From the human T2T-CHM13v2.0 reference genome, Homo sapiens, in the NCBI GenBank assembly GCA_009914755.4, contig CP086569.2, positions 6,112,001 through 6,176,000 of the forward strand: a DNA stretch of 64,000 bases, in the 5' to 3' direction. A program made the position numbers and the translations under genes. Position 1 is the stretch's first letter. Each line of letters opens with the position of its first letter. The notes under the pieces are model-generated. The model searched no databases. It saw nothing but the letters and a program-made list of their open reading frames with translations, and was not told the DNA's origin. Positions 13,339-26,462 of the stretch are shown here, piece by piece.

Positions 13339-15782
13339 ATTAAAACCCAATAGTATTTAGAAGAAAACACTCATGAAATGGATTCCCTTGAGGGTCGTCT
13401 TCCATTAAGTGGTAAACATTTAATGTGGAATATGTACAGCCAGACCCAAGAAACCTTAGGCTGATGAGGTACATGGATGTCAGGAAAATAAGAGGTAAGT
13501 ATGGTGTCCACATCAAACCTTACATCAAATGGCCTCACTCCCATTTGGCTCCTGGTATAAAGGCCCTCAAATAGGGAGTTTGCCAGGATGGCTCCAGTTT
13601 GCACTCCAAACATTCCCTGCATATTGGGGTGCTCCCAAATGTACACCAGGCCATGGTGTGGATGGCTTGTATATTTAAGGAAATGTGGGGATGCAGTTGG
13701 AAGCACCTTCTGTAACATCTGTCATCACATTTTTTTGCAGGCGAATGTGCGGGACCCCATCCATCCCTCACCAGCTTGTATCCTCAGCTTTATCTGAAGT
13801 TAAAAGTATCTTTCCCATAATGAAATCCAAAGATGATGGAAGAGTGCCCCCTCACGGTGTGGAGGTCCTGCTTGGCTAGCAACTGAATATGAAGTAAATT
13901 CAAGGGACCCTGCGGACCGGACTGCTAGTGTTTCTAAATGGGGTGTACACTGGACAATAAAACACTGAAAGATTTCTGTTCCTGAATTTCCTGTGCTCCT
14001 CTTCTTTCTAGAAGTGTGGCTTTGTTTGTTTGTTTGTTTTGTTTTTGTGGGGGGAGGTTATTTGGACCATGGCGGGTCTCATGCCATCTCTCAATTTATG
14101 GCAGATTCATGATCTGCAGAAAAATAAAGAACACAGAACCCAGCAGCCCAAGCAGAGCCACACAGATAGGCCACAAAAAGTTTGGGAGACTCAAAAACAA
14201 AGAAGAGCTACAGTGTGTTAACCACATTTTTTAAAGCAGATTCCACTTACAGACACACACACACACACAAACACAGACAACCAACACTGGCAACACTCCC
14301 ACAGAAACACACTCCCAGCAGCTTCTGAAGCTGTGTGGTTCTGCAGGAAGTCCCACTTGGGAGAGAGCAATCCTGGGGAACACAGGCATGCTGTATGTAG
14401 AAACCACAGTGGGACAAGTTTCAAAAGACCCCCTGCAACGTCTAGGCAGGCCTGAGGCATCTGCAGACCCTTTAGCATAGTTAAGGAATTCACAGATTAT
14501 TCCTGGGGCCCTGCTTGATGCTTCTTCATGCTGGCTCACATCTGCCCTCTCCTAGGATCATGGGACTATCCCAAGGATTCAACAAAGAAGAGAGGCGAGA
14601 GTCTACCGTGAAGCATCTTCATGGAGGTCTCCTTCTCTGCCAAGACACAGGGACTTTTCACTAGGAAAAGTGTTATTCATTGTGAGGCTAACTGGAGCTC
14701 ACAGCTCAGGGGTGGTGCCCTGAGACTAGCACATGCACATTCACGAGGCAGGCTTAGGTGCTAGGCTGTCAGAGCTAAGCAAAGGAAAATGGTACAGGCA
14801 GATCCAGCCTCATATCGGGAGAAAGGCTGCCTGCGATAACCAACTGTGGGAACCTAAATATGTCAACCTTAGCACCCCTTCCATCCATCTCCTTGGTCGG
14901 GTCCCACTGGAGGAAGAGGTGTTTTCAGACTGTTAGGTTGTCATGGAAAACTGCTCTTCTGACTTCATTCCCGAAAGAGGCTATTTGTAAGAATCAGGTC
15001 CCATAGGGATGGGAATAGAGTCTGGTGAGTTGTTGAGGGGTCCTTTTATCATGGAATCATACGTGAGACTCCATAGGTGTTTGTCAGTGAAATATGGCCA
15101 AGCCCTTGTCCCCATTGCCTCTCTTCATTCTGGGCCCCCCAGGGGCTATCTGGGAAAGGCATGAACCACAACAAATGCAAGTCCAAGTTGGATCAGAGTT
15201 CTCAAACCTCAAAATGCCCTCTCACGGAGGCAGATGACGTTGAGACATTGTCTCAGAGGTCATCTGTGGCTATTGCAAGCCTGAAAATTGTGTCCTATAG
15301 TACTGTTGGGTGGCAATGGGGACACCCCATGAAAGCACAAAAAACTCACGGCTTGCCTGAGAGAAAGAGCTGACTTTTGTTGGAGTCCTAGCAACATTCA
15401 AAGACTCCTGTCGGCATACCCAAAAGCCTCCTGAGAAGTGCAAACAATGTCAGCCTCCACAACGAGACCATGATCCACAACTTGAAATGCAGCCAGCCTA
15501 CCTGAAGGCCCTTTTGCTCCCTAAAATCGCTGGCAGCCAAAAGATCTGTGGTGAGTGGCAGTTACAACCAGCAACAGCTGAAAGACCCTCTCCACAATGA
15601 GAAAGGATCTGCAGTCGAAATGAAACAGACTATAGATCACCAGGCAAAAGTCAGACATGGCTGCATGCTTCTCATCCTACAGGAATCATGCAGCCATCTG
15701 ATAGAAGAGGGAGAACAAGAATTTCCTTGTTGGTGTCAGTACTGGGAATTTATGGTTTTAAATACATTACAGATGTCCAGTC
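13339..15782. repeat. Unit U7 (2444 bp)
   Basis: Anchor 13339; exon-like module 13741-13893; landmark ~14098; (CA)n 14245-14270. Confidence 0.85.
13741..13893 (+). ncRNA. Exon-like module, U7
   Basis: 'tttttttgcag|gcgaatgtgcggg'; donor 'atgaa|gtaaattcaag'. Confidence 0.3.
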
Positions 15783-15824
15783 ATTGAATTCTGACAGTGT
15801 AATCTGTCTTCACCATTTTTACAG

Positions 15825-15978
15825 GTGAATGTGCAGGAACCTATCTACCCCTCACAAGATCGTATCTTCACACCTGTCTGACCTTATTGCTGCTTGTACT
15901 CTCTGTCCAAGAACAAAATCCCAAGATAATGGAGGATTGTGACAAAAAGCACCTGTTCAGCTGGGAATCAAATTCCTG
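15825..15978 (+). ncRNA. Exon-like module, U8
   Basis: 'cacca ttttt acag|gtgaatgtgcagg'; donor 'tcctg|gtagattcaagg'. Confidence 0.3.
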
Positions 15979-16545
15979 GTAGATTCAAGGGGCCCTGCGG
16001 ACAGGACTGAAAGTGCCTGTCCCTGGGTTTGCTGCAGAACATGAAACACTGGGAGATGTCTGTTCTAGGGTGTGGTTTGCTATTCCTCTTTCTAGAAGAG
16101 TTTTTTGTTTTGTTTTGCTTTGTTTTTTGCAGTGGTACATAATTTAATTTTGGCATGTCTAGCCAATCTCCCAATTCACTGTGGATTCATGATCCACAAA
16201 AAAAGAAAGAAAGAAAGAAAGGACATGTAATGCCACAGACCAAGAAGGGCCACACAAACAGGCCACCAAAAGTTTGACAGACTCAAAAATAAGTAGTGCT
16301 GAAGTGTAATAGCCACATTCATTTAAGCAGATTCCACTTACAGGCACACACACACACACCCACACACACAAACACAGCCACACCAACATTCGCAACACTC
16401 CCACAGAAACACACAGCCAAGCAGCTTCTGAGGCTGCATGGTTCTGCAGGAAGCTCCACCTGAAAGAGACCATCCCTAGGGAACACAGGTGGGCTGAATC
16501 TAGAAATCACAGTGGGACAAGTTTCAAAAAGACTAACCAATACAG

Positions 16546-17397
16546 AGAAATGCAAATCAAAACCACAATGAGATACCATCTCACACCCGTTAGAATGGCA
16601 ATCATTAAAAAGTCAGGAAACAACAGTTGCTGGAGAGGATGTGGAGAAATAGGAACACTTTTACACTGTTGGTGGGACTGTAAACTAGGTCAACCATTGT
16701 GGAAGTCAGTGTGGCGATTCCTCAGGGATCTAGAACTAGAAATACCATTTGACCCAGCCATCCCATTACTGGGTATATACCCAGAGGATTATAAATCATG
16801 CTGCTATCAAGACACATGCACCTGTATGTTTAGTGCGGCATTATTCAGAATAGCAAAGACTTGGAACCAACCTAAATGTCCAACAATGATAGACTGGATT
16901 AAGAAAATGTGGCACATATACACCATGGAATACTATGCAGCCATAAAAAATGATGAGTTCATGTCCTTTGTAGGGACATGGATGAAATTGGAAATCATCA
17001 TTCTCAGTAAACTATCGCAAGAACAAAAAACCAAACACCGCATATTCTCACTCATAGGTGGGAATTGAACAATGAGATCACATGGACACAGGAAGGGGAA
17101 TATCACACTCTGGGGACTGTTGTGGGGTGGGGGGAGGGGTGAGGGATAGCATCGGGAGATATACCTAATGCTAGATGACGAGTTAGTGGGTGCAGCACAC
17201 CAGCATGGCACATGTATACATATGTAACTAACCTGCATAATGTGCACATGTACCCTAAAACTTAAAGTATAAAAAAAAGTTCATATAATAATAGTTATGT
17301 AATGGACTCATGAGAATATAATAAAATTAACTGATAAATGTGCTTTATAATATCAAATATTAATTACATATATAATATAAAAACTGAGAAAAAAAAA
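16546..17397 (+). mobile_element. LINE-1 3' fragment (L1PA-like) inserted into macrosatellite unit U8, with a possible 3' transduction
   Basis: ORF2 C-terminus is translated at 16550-17068 ([23 protein letters not shown]...). The canonical 3' UTR end 'ccctaaaacttaaagtataaaaaaaa' lies at ~17278. About 110 bp of non-L1 sequence then runs to a second poly-A at 17389-17397. TSD 'gactaaccaataca' sits at 16531-16545 and 17398-17412. Confidence 0.85.
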
Positions 17398-17527
17398 GAC
17401 TAACCAATACAATGTCTAAGAAGGCTTGAGGTCTTTTGCAGATCTTTTTGGATCCTTAGGGATTTCACAGTTTATTCCTGGGGCTTTGCTTGATGTTTCT
17501 TCAGGCTGGTTTGCAGCCGGCATCAAT

Positions 17528-19824
17528 CTATTCCACTTTCATTTGGCTATAGCAATGAAAGTCCTTAAATCAGGAGTTTTCCAGGATGGCCTCAATTTGC
17601 ACTCCAAATCTTCCTTGCACATTGGAGTACTCCCCCTTGAACAGTGGGGCATTGGTGTGAACTGGTTGTGCAATTAAGGGAATGTGGGGATGGAGTTAGA
17701 AGCACCTTCTGTATCATCTTTCATTTTTTTTTGCTGGACCGCATCTGCCCCTCACCAGATTGTATCCTCACTCCTATCTGACTTTATTGATTGTCACACT
17801 CTATGTCCTACAATGAAATCCCAAGATGATGGAGGGTGCCTTCTCACGACGTGAAGCACCTAGCTGGCTGGGAACCGAATATGAGGTAAATTCAAAAGGC
17901 CTGTGGACAAGACTGCTAGTGTGCTCCCTGGGTTTCCTGCAGGACAATGAATCTCTGGGAGAGGTTTGTCTTTTTGGTGTGGTGTGCTCCTCTTACTTCT
18001 AGAAGGGTGCCTTTTTTTGCATGGGGAGGTGATTTGGAGGCCAGCCTGTCTCTCAATTCATTTTCAATTAATGAACCACAGAAAAATAAAGAACACTGAG
18101 CCCTGCAGCCCAAGCAGAACCACACAGACAGGCCAACAAAAGGTTAGGAGACTCAAAAAAAAAAAAAAAAAAGGAAGGACTGAAGTTCATTAGCCACATT
18201 CCTTTAAGCACACTCCACTTACAGGCACACACAGACATACACATACTCACACAAACCCACAATAACACACACACACACACACACACACGCAAACATCCAA
18301 CACTCGCAACTTTGTCACAGAAACACATATCCCGGCAGTTCCTGAGGCTGCATGGTTCTGCAGGAAGCCCCACCTTGGAGAGAGCAACCCTGGGGAACAC
18401 AGGTGGGATGCACCAAGAAGTCAGAGAGGGCCAAGTTTCAAAAAGAGTCACCCCTACAACATCTAGGCAGGCCTGAGGAAACCTGCAGATCCCTTTGGAT
18501 CATTACAGATTTCACAGTTTATTCCTGGGCCGGTGCTTGATGTTTCTTCAGGCTGGCTCATGTCTACACCCTCCTAGGATCATGGGACTATCTCAGGGAT
18601 CCCACAGAGAAGACAGGTGAGAGTCCACGGCCGACGCTCCCCCATGGAGGTTTCCTTCTCTGCCAAGCTGCAGGGACTTGATGCTAGGCAATGGTGAAGT
18701 TCACTGTGACACTAGCCATAGCTCACAATTAGGCCTGGTGCCCTGAGACTAGCACATGCGCTTTTGTGAGGCAGGCTTGGGCATCTGTGAGTCATAGCTG
18801 TCAGCCTGCCTAAGCAGAGGAAAATGGTACAGCCAGAGCTAGCCTGGTATCAGGAAAAAGGTAGCCTGTGAAAATCCACCGCAGGATCATAAAAGGCTCA
18901 ACTTTAGGGCCCTTTCAGTGCATCTCCACTGTCAAGTTCTGCTGGAGAAGGAGATGTTTCCAGACTGTGAGGTGGTCACTGGAAACTGCTCTTCTGATTC
19001 TATTCTTGAAAGAGACAGTGTGCAAGAATTGGGTCCCATTGGGATTGGAATATTGTCTAGTTTGTTTTTGAGGATACCTTGTGTGACGGAATCATATCTG
19101 AGACCCCCGAGGTGGGTGTCAGCAAAAGATGTCCAGGATCTTGACCTCACTTCCTCCCTTTATTCTATGCCTTACAAGGGCTCTTTGGGAAAGGCAGGAA
19201 CCAGAAAAGAGGCAAGTCCAAGGTGGAGCAGTGTTCTCACACCTCAGACAGGCCACTCAAGGGTGCAGATGAGGTTGAGACAGGGTCTCAGTGGCAGTCT
19301 GTGGTGATGGCAAGCCGAAAAAAGGTGTCCAGCGGTGCTGTTGAGGCACATTGTGGATTCCCTATGAAAACAAACAAACAAAAAATCAAGGCTCACCTGA
19401 GAGAACTGGCTGCCTTGTGCTGGAGTCCAAGCAATGTTCAATTCTTCCTGTCAGAGGACCCAACACCCTCAGGCAAAGTGCAAACCACCTCATCCCACAC
19501 AACCAGAAAACAACCCACAACCTAAAGCACAGCCAGCCTACATGAAGTCCCTTTTGCTCTCTTAAATAGCTGGCAACTAAATAATCTGTGGTGAGAGGCA
19601 GTCCCATCCAACAAAAGCCCAGTGAAAGAGACCATCCACACTGAGGAGGCCATGCAGATAAAATAAAACAGAGGCAAGGCTGCCAGGCAAAAGCTAGACA
19701 TGGCTGCCTGCTTCTCATCCTGCAGGAATCAAGCAGCCCCCTAACAGAAGTGGGAGAACAAGAGTTTCCTTGTTAGTGGCTGTAACGGGAATTCATGGTT
19801 TTAAATATGTCAAAGCTGCCAAGT
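17528..19824. repeat. Unit U9 (5'-truncated unit joined to U8 by a deletion)
   Basis: Pre-exon block from 17528; exon-equivalent ~17735-17885 with the acceptor AG deleted and the donor 'atgag|gtaaattc' intact; landmark 18060; (CA)n 18230-18290. Confidence 0.75.
17735..17885 (+). ncRNA. Exon-equivalent, U9 (acceptor deleted)
   Basis: Body and donor 'atatgag|gtaaattc' retained; the AG acceptor is lost to a small deletion. Confidence 0.15.
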
Positions 19825-22273
19825 CATTAAAATGTGACAGTGTTTAGAAGGAAATGCTAATGCAATGGATTCCATAAGCGCCTCTCTCCATGAACTGGGA
19901 AATGTTTAATGTGGAAGTCCTTGAGCCAGACACAGGAAACACTAGGCCGATGAGGTGGAGGCCCACATTCTATCCAGCATCAATCCATTCCACTCACATT
20001 TGGCTCTGAATATGAAAGCCCTCAAATCAGCAGTTTGTCAGGATATCCCGAATTTGCAGTCCAGATGTTTTGTGCACATTGGAGTCCTCCCACTTCAACA
20101 CTGCGCCTTGGTGGGGACTGCTTGTGCAATTAAGGGAATGAGGGGATGAAGTTTGAAACACCTTCTGTGTCATCTGTCTTCATTTTTATTGCAGGTGAAG
20201 TTGCAGGACCCATTCACTTCTCACCAGATTGGATCCTCCACCCTACCTGACCTTATTGCTGCTCACACTCTATGTTCCAGGATGAAGTCCCAAGACGATG
20301 GAGGAGTGCCCCCTCACAGCATGAAGCACCTCCTAGGCTGTCAACCGAATTCAAGGTAAATACAAGGGGCTCTGCGGACAGGACTGCTAGTGTCTCTACC
20401 TGGGTTGGCTACAGGACAATGAAACACTGGAAGATGTTTGTTTTTCAGTGTAGTGTGCTCCTCTTCTTTCTAGAAGAGTGGCTTTTTTTTTTTTGCAGGG
20501 GGAGGTGATTTGGATGGCGGTGGGATTTGGCAAGCTTCTAATTCACTGCGGATTCATGATCCGCAGATCAATAAAGAAAACACAGCCCAAGCAGACCCAA
20601 CAAACAGTCCACCAAAAGGTGTTGAGACTCAAGAAAAGTAGCGCTGAAGTGGATTAGCCACATTTCTTTAAGCAGACTCCACTTACAGGCACAAACACAC
20701 ACACACACACAGACAACACAAACACGCTGTGCCACACACACACGCAGACATCCAACATTTGCAACACTCCCACAGAAACACACAGTGAGGCAGCTCTAGA
20801 GGCTGTGTCATTCTGTAGGAAGCCCCACCTAAGAGAGAGCAACCCCAGGGAACACAGGTGGGCTGCACCTAGAAATCACAGCGGGGAAAGTTTCAAAAAC
20901 ACTCACCCCTACAATGTGTAGGCAGGCCTGAATAATCCTTCTGATATTTTTGGACGCTTAGGGATTTTGTGGTTTATTCCTGGGGCTGTGCTTGACATTT
21001 CTTCAGGCTGGCTCCCACTTGCCCTCTCCCAGGATTATGGAACTATCCCATGGATCCACAGAAAAGACAGGCAAGAGTCCCCTGTGGATGCACTTCCACA
21101 GAGGCCTCCTGCATTGCCAAGATGCAGGAACTTTTTGCTAGACAATGGTGACATTAATTGTGATGCTAGCCAGAGCTCACAATCAGGAATGGTGCCCTGA
21201 AACCAGCTTATATGCATTCATGAATCAGGCTCGGGCACCCAGCTGTCAGAGCTGTCAGCCTTCCTAAGCCAAGTAAAATACTACAGGCAGAGTTGTCCTG
21301 GTATCATGAAAAGGGAGGCCTGCAAAACCCACTATGAGAACCTAAAAGTCTTGACCTCAGCTCCCCTTCAGGCCATCTCTGTGGTCAGGTCCCACCAAAG
21401 GAGGAAGAATATCAATACTGTGAGGTGGTCTGTGGAAACTACTTTTCTGTCTCCCTTTTTGAAAGAGGCTGTGTGAAAGAATTATGTCCCGTGGACATTG
21501 GAATAAAGTCTAGTATGTTTTTGATGGTTCTTTGGATGATAGAATCATACCTGAAACCCCAGGGCCTGGTGTCAGTGAAAGATGGCCAGGACCTTGACCT
21601 CACTGCCTCCCTTCATCCTGAGCCTTGCAGAGCCTCTGTGGGAAAGCAGGAGCCACAGCAAAGGAAAGTCCAAGGTGGAGCCCTACTCTCAGGCCTTGGA
21701 CTGGCCACTCACAGGTGAAGACAAGGTTGAGACCAGTGTCTCAGAGGCCATCTGTGATGATGGCATGCCTAAAAAGGGTGTCCAGTAGTGCTGCTAAGGG
21801 GCACTGTGGATTCCCCATGAAAGCAAAGAAAAATTAAGGCTCACCTGAGAGAATGAGCTGCCTTGCGCTGGAGTCCAAGCAATGTTCAGTGATTCCTGTC
21901 AGAGGACCCAAAAACCTCCTGCAAACTGCAAGCAAACTTAGCCCCCAAAATAAGACCATGAACCACAAACTTGAGTGCAACCAGTCTCTGCAAAGTCACT
22001 TTTGCTCTCTGAAATCCCTGTTAGCAAAATAATCTGTGGCAAGAGGCAGTCCCATCCAGCAAGAGCTCAATGAAAGAACCCCTCCGCAGTGAGAAGGCTA
22101 TGCAGATGAAATGAAACAGAGGCTAGATTGCCAGGCAAAAACCCATACATGGCTGCCTGCTTCTCATCCTACAATAATCATGCAGCCCTCCAATAGAAGT
22201 GGGAGAACAAGTGTTTTCTTATTGGTGGCTGTAACAAGAATTTACTGTCTTAAAAGTATTAAAGCTTCCCAGT
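19825..22273. repeat. Unit U10 (2449 bp)
   Basis: Anchor 19825; exon-like module 20195-20355; landmark 20540; (CA)n 20690-20725. Confidence 0.85.
20195..20355 (+). ncRNA. Exon-like module, U10
   Basis: 'tttttattgcag|gtgaagttgcagg'; donor 'attcaag|gtaaatac'. Confidence 0.35.
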
Positions 22274-23689
22274 CATTAAAATATGACAATGTTTAGAAGG
22301 AAACAATCACACAGTGGATTCCCATGATGGTCGTTCTCCATGAACTGGGTAACGTTTAGTGTGGAAGTCATTGAGCCATACCCAGGAAACCCTAGCCTGA
22401 TGAGGAACATGAAAATCAGGAAACTAAGAGGGAAGTCTGGAGGCCATATCATACCCAGCATCAATCCAGTCCACTCCCATTTGGCTCCGGGTATGAAAGC
22501 TTTCAAATCTGGAGTTTGCCAGGGTTGCCCCAATTTGCACCCCAAATGTTCCTTGCACTGTGAAGTACTCCCATCTGAACATACAGTGATGGAGTTTGAA
22601 GCACCTTCTGTTTCATTTGTCTTCATTTTTCTGCAGGTGAGGTTGTGGGACCCTATCCACCGCTCACCAGATTGTATCCTCACACCTATCTGACCTCATT
22701 GCGGCTCACACTCTATGTCCCAGGATGAAATCCCAAGAAAATAGAGGAGTAACCCCTCATGATGTGAAGCACCTGCTCAGCTGGGAATTGAATTTGAGGT
22801 AAATTCATGGAGACCTGAGGACAAGACTGCTAGTGTGTCTCCCTGATTTGGCCACAGGAAAATGAAACACCGGGAGATATCTGCTTTTTGGTGAAAGAAT
22901 CTGATTTCCTGGGTATTGGAATGTAGTCTGGTGTGTTGATTAGTGTTCTTTGGGTGACAGAATCACACCTGAGACCCCAGAGATGGGTTCCAGTTGAAGA
23001 TGGCTGGACTCTAGATCTCACTGCCTACCTTTATTTTGGGCCTCGCAAGGGCTCTCTGGGACAGACCGGAACCACAACAAAGTCAAGTGTATGATTGAGG
23101 AGTGTTCTTGCACCTCAGACTTTCCACTATTGGGTGCAGATGAGGTTGAGTCAGTATCTCAGAAACGATGTGTGGTGATGGCAAGCCTGAAAAGGGTGTC
23201 CAGTAGCACTGTTGAAGGGCACTGTGGATTCACCCAATAAACCAAAAAAAAAAAAAAAAATTGGCTCACATGAGAGAATGTGCTGCCTCATGCTGAAATT
23301 TAAGCAATGTTCAATAATTCCTGCCAGAGGACCCAAAAGCCTCCTGCAAAGTGCAAGCAACCTCAGCCCCCATGAAGAGACAATTATGCACAACCTGGAG
23401 CACAGCGATTTTTCCTAAAGTCCCTTTTGCTGTGTGAAATCCTTGGCAGCTAAATAATCTGTGTAAGGCAGTCCCATCCAGCATCATCCCAACAAAGAGT
23501 ACCTCTACAATGAGAATGCCATGCAAAAGAAATGAAACTGAGGCTCTATTACCAGGCAAATCCAGACATGGCTGCCTGCTTCTCATCCTACAGAAATCAT
23601 GTGGCTTTCTGATAGAAGTGGGACAAGACTTTCCTTCTTGGTGGCTGTAATGGGAATTTATGGTTCTAAAAGTATTAAAGCTGCACAGT
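22274..23689. repeat. Unit U11 (1416 bp; ~1-kb deletion removes landmark and CA tract)
   Basis: Anchor 22274; exon-like module 22637-22798; the sequence after the donor jumps to the 'ggtattggaatgtagtctggtg' block. Confidence 0.8.
22637..22798 (+). ncRNA. Exon-like module, U11
   Basis: 'tttttctgcag|gtgaggttgtggg'; donor 'atttgag|gtaaattcatgg'. Confidence 0.35.
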
Positions 23690-26462
23690 TATTCAAACCT
23701 GAGAGTGTTTAGAAGGAAACACTCATGCAATGGATTCCCATGAGGATCATTTTCCATGAACAGAGAAACATTTAGTATGGAAGTCATTGAGCCATACCCA
23801 GGAACCCCTAGGCTGATAAGGAACATAAAATCAAAAAAGGAGAGGCAAGTGTGGAGGCCACATCTTACCCATTATCAATCCTTTCCACTCCCATTTAGCT
23901 CCGGGTATGAAAACCCTCAAAACAGGAGTTTGCCAGTGTGACCCCAGTTGGCACTCCAAATATTTCTTGCCCATTGAAAATACTCTTACCAGAGCACCAG
24001 GCAATGGTGTGGACTGCTTGTGCAATTAAGGGAATGCTGGAATATATTTGGAAGCACCTTCTCTGTCATCTGTCTTCATTTTGTATTTTTGCAGGTGAAG
24101 TTGAAGGACACCATCCACCCCTCAGCAGATTATATCCTTTCCCATCTGACCCTATTTCTACTCACACTCTGTGTCCCAAGATGAAATCACAAGATGATGG
24201 AGAACTGCCCTCTCACGATGTGAAGCATCTGCTCAGCAGAGAACCAATTTGAGGTAAATTCAAGGGGCCCTTTGGACAAGATTGCTAGTGTCTCTCCCTA
24301 GTTTGGCCACAGTACAATCAAACTCTAGGAGATGCCTGCTTTTTTGATTTCATGTGCCCCTCTTCTATCAAGAAGAGTGGCTTTTTTTGCATGGGTGGGG
24401 GTGATTCGGACACCACCGCATCCCAGCCCACCTCCCAATTCACTGAGGATTCATGATATATGGAAGAATAAAGAACACAGAGCCCCACAGCCAAAGAAGA
24501 GACATCCAGACAGGCCATCAAAAGTGGTGAGGCTCAAAAAAAAAAAAATCACTGAAGTGCATTAGCCACATTCCTTTAAGCAGGCTCCACTCCACTTACA
24601 GGCACACACACACACACATGCAGAAATCAAGCACTCACAACATTCCCTCAGAAACACACAGCCCAGCAGCTCCTGCGGTTGTGTGGTTTTGCGGGAAGCC
24701 CCACCTGGGAGAGAGCAACCCCAGGGAACAAAGGCAGGCTATACCTAGAAATCACAGTGGGGCCAGTTTGAAAAAGACTCACCCCCTACAACATCTAGGC
24801 AGGCCTAAGGAATCCTGCAGATTATTTTGGATCCTCAGGGATTTGCAGTTTATTTCTGGGGCTCTGCTTGATATTATTTCAGGCTGGCTCATATCTGCCC
24901 TCTCCTTGGATCATGGGACTATCCTGTCGATTCCACAGGGAAGACATGGGACAGTCCACCGAAGACACACATCCACGGAGGTCCCTTTATCTGCCAAGCC
25001 ACAGGGACTTGTTGCTAGGCAACGGTGGCATTCACTGTGAGGCTAGCCAGAGCTCACAATCAGGCCTGGTGCTTTTAGACTAGGGTATGCACATTGTCAG
25101 GCAGGCCCAGATGCCCGGCTTTCAGAGCTGTCAATGGGCTTAAGCAGAGGAAAATGGTACAGGCAGAGCCAGCCTGGTATTGAGAAAAAGGCTGCCTATG
25201 AAAACCCACTTTGGGATCATAAAAGTCTCAACCTCAAGGCCTCTTTGGGGCATCTCCGTGGTCAGGTCCCACTGGAGGAAGAGGTGTTTCAAGACTGTGA
25301 GGTCATCGCCAGAAACTTATCTTCTGCCTCCATTTCAGAAAGAGGCTGTGTGCAAGAATTGGGTCCCACGGGTCTGGAATATTGTCTGGTGTGTTGTTGA
25401 GGGTTTGTTGGGTGACAGAATCATGCCTGAGACCCCAGACATTGGTGTCAGTGAAAGATGGCCAGGCTCTTGACCTCCCCCTCTCCCTTCATCCTGGGCC
25501 TTGCAGGGGCTCTCGGGGAAAGGCAGGAGTTACAAAGGCAAGTCCAAGGTGATGCAGTGTCCTCACACCTCTGACTGGCCTCACATGGTTGCAGATGAGG
25601 TTGAGATAGTGTCTCAGAGGCCAACTGTGGTGATAGCAAGCCTGAAAAAGGTGTCCAGTACATTGTGCTGGAGTTGAAGCATTGTTCAATGATCCTTTTC
25701 AGAGGACCCAAAAGCCCCTTCTGAAGTGCATACAACCTCAGCTCCCGCAATGAGACAATTACCCACAACCTGGGGAGCAGACTCTAGACCTCACTGAGTC
25801 CCTTCATCCTGTGCCTCACAGGGGCTCTCTGAGACAGACAGAAACCACGGCAAAGGTAAGTCCAAGGGGAAGCAGCATTCTCACACCTGGGACTGGCCTC
25901 TCACGTGTGCAGATGAGGTTGAGACAGTGTCTCAGAGGCCATCTGTGGTGATGGCAAGACTGAAGAATGTGTCCAGTAGTGCTTTTGAGGGGCACTGTGG
26001 ATTCCCCATGAAAACAGAAAAACTAAGGCTTGACTCAGAAAAATAGCTGCTTTGAGCTGGAGTCCAAGCAATGTTCAATGATTCCTGTTAGAGGACCCAG
26101 AAGCCTCCTGCAAAGTGCAAAAAAACCTCAGTCCCCATAACAAGACAATGACCCACAACCTGGAGCACATCCAGCCTACCCAAAGTCCCTTTTGCTTTCT
26201 GAAATTTCTGGCAGCAAAATAATCTGTTGTGAGAGGCCATCCCTTCCAGCAACAGCCCAGTGATAGAGCTCCTCCACAATGAGAAGGTCATGCAGTTGAA
26301 ATGAAACTGAGGCTAGATTCCCAGGCAAAAGCCAGACTTGGGTGTCAGCTTCTCATCCTATGGGAATCATGCAGCCCTCCAATAGAAGTGAAAGATCAAG
26401 AGGTTTCTTGTTGGCAGCTGTAATGGGAATTTACAATTTTAAAAGTATCAAACTTGCCTAGT
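23690..26462. repeat. Unit U12 (2773 bp; contains an internal ~310-380-bp tandem duplication)
   Basis: Anchor ~23690; exon-like module 24095-24253; landmark 24450; (CA)n ~24600. The block 25471-25780 is repeated at 25786-26165. Confidence 0.8.
24095..24253 (+). ncRNA. Exon-like module, U12
   Basis: 'ttgtatttttgcag|gtgaagttgaagg'; donor 'atttgag|gtaaattcaagg'. Confidence 0.35.

Larger units (their letters stand above)
15783..17527. repeat. Unit U8 (anchor-to-exon segment deleted; interrupted by an L1 insertion; 3' part deleted)
   Basis: The anchor at 15783 runs directly into the acceptor at ~15824. Exon-like module 15825-15978; landmark 16178; (CA)n 16340-16375; L1 at 16546-17397. The unit breaks at ~17527 ('cttcaggctggtttgcag|ccggcatcaatc'). 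Confidence 0.75.
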
